NCBI RefSeq assembly: GCF_009914755.1
Contig: NC_060932.1
DNA: 64,000 nucleotides
From: the human T2T-CHM13v2.0 reference genome, Homo sapiens
Reading direction: 5' to 3' (one strand)
The notes beneath the pieces were generated by a model. The model searched no databases, was not told the DNA's origin, and worked only from the letters and a program-made list of their open reading frames with translations. Of the stretch, positions 47,986 to 64,000 are shown one piece after another. Made by a program: the position numbers and the translations under genes. How positions within the stretch are numbered: position 1 is the stretch's first letter; the number at the start of each line of letters is the position of its first letter.

Positions 47986-49916
47986 GTAAATCTGCTTTAC
48001 AGACGCCAAAGCCTGTCTGATACACTGTATCATCATAAACCTTTTTCAGCAGTTTTCAGGTTAAACTTTATATTTCTGCCTTGAAGATGATCATTTCTGG
48101 TCCTCATCCCCACTTTATTGCATACAAAACCGCAGTTGTCATCTCACACACTTTTAAGCTGGAAATGTTCAGATGGTAAGTGATAAGAGCCCTTGTCGGG
48201 GTATGCAGCAGTTTTTCACACATAAACGAATCCTTCCCTTTTGTCCACTTAGGATGGGAAACCTACTAATTCCACAGAACGAGGAGAGGGATGTGGGCCT
48301 GGAGTGTAGGGAATGCCTAAGTACCAGTAGGGCAAGGTGAATTTGATTCCTGTTTTGCAGATGTGACTGTTAGGTTGTTAGGGTTAATTTAATAACCCAG
48401 GTGGAATTGATTTGGAGATAGACTTACCACTTCTGATCCTTTGATTGGATCTAGCCTCCAGCTCAATATACCTTCCTCAATTTGCCTACAAGAAGAAAAA
48501 GATCTGAAGCTCAGCATAATGCTGGCTTTAGCCAGAAGAATCCAGCCTTTAAGCCATCTATATGTGTAGCCATGAAGGACCTTCTAATATGCCTTGTGAG
48601 CCCTTATGGGGCCACCTCACAGCCACAATTTATGCCCACGTGTCAGCCTCACAGACTCAGGAGCTGTTTCTATTCATTGTAAAGCAGACCAGATGACATT
48701 TCAGGATGAAAGAAATGTAAGTCATCATTACATACGGCATCAGGCTAACAAGTCACCTGTTAGTTGAGCAGACTAGTTAGTTGGTGAAAATGCATCGATG
48801 AAAATGCAGACCATTGGATTATCCTCATTTATAGCATTTATGTCACACTTCACCTTCAACAAACTTGGTTAACTTAACCATCGTCCATTACCTGATAGTC
48901 TTAGAACCAATAGTATATAAATCCTTATAGAAGTTATTTCTTGACCAATCAATTCATGAGTATTCTTTGTTTTCTCTCTTATTATCTCATTATCTCTTTG
49001 TTTCTAAGGGACCTAGGACAAGCCACTGAAGCTGCTTGTCTTTGACAAGTCATTTTAACCTGTTTCCTTAACTAAAAGGTAGGGATTGTATAGACAGCAC
49101 CTGTGGTGCATTAAAAGAACCATAAATCTCATTTTTCCACTTTCATTCCACTTTCCATTTCCCCATTGTGATGCAGAAAGCTGCCGTGGCGTGCCAAGAC
49201 ACATCCAGGGTGGGCTGTTTGGGGGGAATGGTTTTAATTTTAAGCCTTTTAAGTGAAAACCCTTAGACCTTGCCTCTGTTTTGTTAAATTACGATTCTAA
49301 CAAAATAAGAAAAAATTAGTGAAGCACTAGACTTTGGAAACTCTTTCCTGTATATTTGAAATGATTTTCTTAAGACTGCTTTTCTTACCTGAAATTGTTT
49401 TGTTTTTTCCTAAGCAAATGAGTGCCTCTCCTTGAGAACTGGGTGGGAGTCTCTGGGTGTGAGAGAACAGCAGGAAATGACCCTTTCTAAACAAAAGGAC
49501 TCTTTAAGGCCTATCCTGAGTCTTTGTGTTTTGAGGAGGGGTTATGCAGAAAACCAGAGCTAGGAAATGAATCTCTGCATTAGCCATTCTAATGGGGGAA
49601 GGGAGAATGGAGAACATTCTCTCCTTGCACGCCCTCCCAAGTATCTAATGCCAGGGAACACTTACTGTGAGATCCAAAGAAGTGCAGAAAAGACCCTGGG
49701 AGCCTAGGTGGTGGTTCTTCAGGAGTGCGTGGCTTCAAGTCCCCTAAAGGAAAGAAAAAACCAGGTTGGGCAGAACGACACCCAATGTGATGTTCACCTT
49801 TAACCTGGGCTTCCAGAATTTGCTTGAAAAAGCTCATGATCAACAGAATGCAGAAATAAATACAAAATGAGGAAAGTATGAGAGGGATTTTGCAAGATCT
49901 ATTTGTCATATATATC

Positions 49917-50211
49917 TTTTTGTTTTTGTTTTTTTTCTCAAGACGGAGTCTTGCTCTGTCACCCAGGCTGGAGTGCAGTAGTGTGATCTCAGCTCACTAT
50001 AACTTCTGCCTCCTGGGTTCAAGTGATTCTCCTGACTCAGCCTCCTGATTAGCTGGAATTACAGGTGCCTGCCACCATGCCCGGCTGATTGTTTTTATTT
50101 TTAGTAGAGACGAGGTTTCACTGTGTTGGCCAGGCTGGTCTTGAACTCTGCTGATCTCAAGTGATCCGCCTGCCTCGGCCTCCCAAAGTGCTGAGATTAC
50201 AGTGCCTGGCC
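49917..50211 (-). mobile_element. AluS
   Basis: Antisense Alu. Confidence 0.9.
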
Positions 50212-50334
50212 TGTATATATGTTTATGATCGATTTATCATATATATCTTTATGATCTGTTTATCCATAGGTAGAGGTTAGAGTGTTATGATTTGCTAATA
50301 AATACCCAGTAAATAAATCAAAGATTTGAATTAC

Positions 50335-50780
50335 TGTGTTAATGAGAAAATGAACTTTGAGGAATGCAAGTCCTTTTAAATGATCAGGTCCAGAGGGACT
50401 TTAAAATGAGACCACAGTCAGGTCCTACTCCCCTCTTGAGCTATATATTCACCTCTCTGTATTCACTGCTTGCTGTTGCTAGAAGTAGCTATAAATTAAC
50501 TAATAATGCTGCACTGGACACTGTAACTCACTCTATAGTTTAACAATGTATATAGCCAATCACTAATCAGTATAATTTGTGTAAACCAATGAGAATTCCT
50601 GGCAAACAACTTTATATCAGCCCACTCCCTTGTCCCTGCTCCTTTTTTTTTTTTTTTTTGCCTTTAAAAAGCCACTTGTAACTGCTTTTTAATTGGAATG
50701 CATAAGCCCCTGGGTTGCAGTCTTCAAGCTTGGCCAAAATAAGCTCTACTTATATTAATTTTGCCTCACCTTTTATGTTG
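50335..50780 (+). mobile_element. ERV1 (MER4-group) solo LTR
   Basis: Twin CCAAT boxes (agccaatca, aaccaatga), TATA-like ctttaaaaa, and gggttgcagtcttcaagcttggccaaaataagctctac R/U5 motif. Confidence 0.7.
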
Positions 50781-51534
50781 CTATCAACTTCTTTTCTCAA
50801 TCTAAGCTGAAGAGGGAATTAATAATCATTGCTGTGCGAGGTAGTGGGTCTGTAATGAAGAAATGTTGAGCCTTGCCCTGCAGTGGAATGTTCCCTCCTC
50901 TCCTCACTTCAAAGTGACCATTCATTGTATCAGTATTTGTGCAAGGAGATCCCAAATTTAAAATGCTAGAAAAGGGGATAGGTCTTATCAAAATTATTTT
51001 GCCTTTATAAATTCTTGCTGTCTTGGAGCAATGAACTTCTCTGCTCTTCCAGGGACACTCCTGTTTTTTTTTTTTTCAAGGAATATAAATCTCACTAATA
51101 ATTAGAAACACACGTCTTGTTGAAAATGGTTTTGTGGTTTACTTCGTTTTTAGAACATTTGAAAACGACAAACATCTTTTCTAAGAAAAAGCATTGTTTG
51201 TTACACCACCACTGTTTGTAGGCTTTTCATTGTAACTATATTTTTAGAAAGGCTGGCTCATGTGTTTGATGGGGACTCTGTGTTGAGGGTAAGGGGCTGG
51301 TTTATTTACTCCACAGCACCAGATGCTTTACAGAATTAAAGATAAGATTAAAGCTGCCACTCAGATCCCATTATGAAAGGGTTTTGTTTATATATTAAAG
51401 GCTTGGAAGACTCTTTATCTTAGATATGAAGCCAGCAATGCAGTATTCAAAAGAGATGTGATCATTGTAAGTTCCAGAGTTGATAGGGAAAAATTATTCT
51501 CACTGAAAATCCCAGTGTCTGAAGTGTTGGTAGG

Positions 51535-55256
<3,722 letters not shown>

Positions 55257-55984
55257 AATTGGATACATTCCTGCAGCCAAATTTTAAATTCTTCCTATTG
55301 TGCTATAGTATGGATGTGCCTTAATGTATTTGACCCACCCCTTATTATTGGGCTTATTATTGAACTTATTTCCAGCTTAAGTGATAGAAACAGTGCTGTA
55401 CATCCTCCTAGCTAAATCTGTGTATACACCCTTAGTGATTTCCTTAGCTTCAACTCTTAGAAGTGGAATTTCTGGGTCAAAGGGCATGCATTCTTTTAAA
55501 GATATTTGATGTTTATTGCCAAATCTTCTCTAGAACACTATTTCCACTAAGAAAATCAGCAGGCCCATTCCTTGCATCCCCTGCCCCTGCCATTTAAAAA
55601 TGTCCAAAGATTGTTCCCTCACTGTGGAGTTTTTCATATTTGTGTCCCATCCGTGACTCAGAATTAATATTCCAGCCTCATCTGTATAACACCTGGATGT
55701 TATATAGTGACTTTTTTTTAACCTCATTTGAAGACATATCCCAGTTGTGTTTCTTATACTTCACTGGATACAAAAATGCTTAGCAGATAATTTCTGGGGG
55801 TGTCATTCTTGAGTTTATCGGACACCGTGAAGTGTGTTGCTTTTTGTGTGTTAGGTGCTTGCTATATTTTTCTGGCTATTAATGTCTGACGATGAGGCCA
55901 GTATTTTAGGTGTTGTGAGTGCAAGTACAGAATTTGAGTCAGCTCTAACATTTGTCAGGTAAAGCAATAACACTGCCAATTAAA

Positions 55985-56058
55985 ACTTTATTGTAAGATG
56001 CATCCTGATTTCATAGATGTTACAGTGTGGAAACATGTCTCAGAATCAGTGGATATGT
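55985..56058. mobile_element. MER104-like DNA transposon end fragment
   Basis: gtaagatgcatcctgatttcatagatgttacagtgtgg...cagaatcagtggatatg resembles the recalled MER104 terminus. Confidence 0.5.
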
Positions 56059-56217
56059 TATTCTCTCATCTACTTTTCTGGTCACATGGTTGGTTTGCTC
56101 TTGAGATGAGAACAGAGACACACTGGTCAGTTTGACATAAGTTTTGGTGGACAGTGAGCCAAGTATATCCTTGGAAAGAATTTTATAATTACAGTTGAAT
56201 CAACAATGCTTCAATGC

Positions 56218-59043
<2,826 letters not shown>

Positions 59044-60025
59044 TAACTTTCTGGATGAAGCCATTTACTCCATAACTTTGCTTATTTTTTCCTGTTTTTT
59101 GTTTTTTTTTTTCTTTTTGTTTTTTTTTTGGGTGGGGGGGTGCTTCTTCATTCTGCCTCTTCAGAACAGCATGACTGTTTATCAGCCGTGGTGACTCTTA
59201 GCCCAATGTATAATTCCTAGATGATCTAGTCATCCCAAAGGTACTCAACTCCTACTTGGATTAGGCCCTGCTGGTGCAATGAGCAGCAAACAGACATTGT
59301 CCTTGTTCATCCTGGAAGTTACAGTGTAGTTGAAAGTGTATATTAAACAGTGAAGCACCGATAAATAGAGAATAACTGTAATAAGTGCTAGGGAGGAAGA
59401 GCGCAGTTGATGTGAGATTGATAGTTGATGGTCACAAGGGGACCTTTTTGACTTTGTTCTAGGTACTATTCACATCACTGGGTGTGAACTCAGTCATCTT
59501 CACTGTGCTGTGGGGTAGCTATCCACCACTGCTCCTCCCAGTAGAGGAGGAACTGAGGCTCAGTGAGTTGAATAACTTGCCCTGGGTCACAGCTAATAAA
59601 TAACAGCCTGGATTTGAACCTGGTCAGTTAGTTCAAAATCCATCATCTTTCACTAGACCTCATTGCCAGTTTAGAGGTACTAGAGAAGTTTGCTTCAAGG
59701 GAACAAGAGTTCTCTTCCTTAGGCCCATATCTCTCAGGATCCTGCCTCCCTAAACAGAAGAGCTTGCAACACAGGACTTGTGTAAGCTCTCAGCAATCAG
59801 TAATGTGGAAACTAATCTTGTCAAGGAGATGACCAGTTACAGGATCCTTAGTTTAAGAAAATCTAAATGGCCTTGGGCTTACTCTTACCCAAATCTAGTC
59901 TTTTCTACTTCTTCCATCCTGCCTGTCTAGACCCTTAAGTTAGACCCCCAGAACCTCATTGGACTCTCCCCACCCTTAGTCCATCTAACACGAATGGCAG
60001 ATTCCTTTTCCAAAGGCACTACTCC

Positions 60026-63850
<3,825 letters not shown>

Positions 63851-64000
63851 TCAGTTACTGACAAAGTCGAGGCTTGTCTGGTGGTGAACATGGTGCCTAC
63901 TAGGAAGGGCTGCCAGCTCCTTACACACCTTGCTATAATTAGTTGTAATTAGGCATCTTTCTTCCCCAGTGTCTTTTGGAACTGATAGTAGCAGGGCTTT

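Noticed and set aside
55720-55900. Possible snoRNA-like structured unique sequence
   Set aside because: No convincing C/D or H/ACA box arrangement or recognisable family match

Overview
Human (primate) genomic DNA, very Alu-rich, recognisable as the RBPMS locus (8p12 from recall). Left to right: a degraded PPIA processed pseudogene (minus strand) inside an L1 fragment; a near-intact TUBB class I processed pseudogene (TUBBP1) inserted into an Alu with an 11-bp target-site duplication; about 30 kb of Alu/L1/MaLR/ERVL/Tigger repeats; a CpG-island promoter with RBPMS coding exon 1 (MNNGGKAEKENTPSEANLQEEE) and probably the antisense lncRNA RBPMS-AS1; then 28 kb of RBPMS intron 1. The most unusual structure is a near-homogeneous array of 37 units (31 bp) in intron 1, each a perfect 20-bp palindrome plus a CTAAC/TAAC linker, bounded by a 19-bp direct repeat. 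There are also several fold-back or tandem duplications, a micro-Alu and a CArG/MCAT/GATA cluster. I see no convincing new protein-coding system: most ORF-track entries are Alu or antisense shadows. Repeat subfamily calls and boundaries are by eye and approximate.
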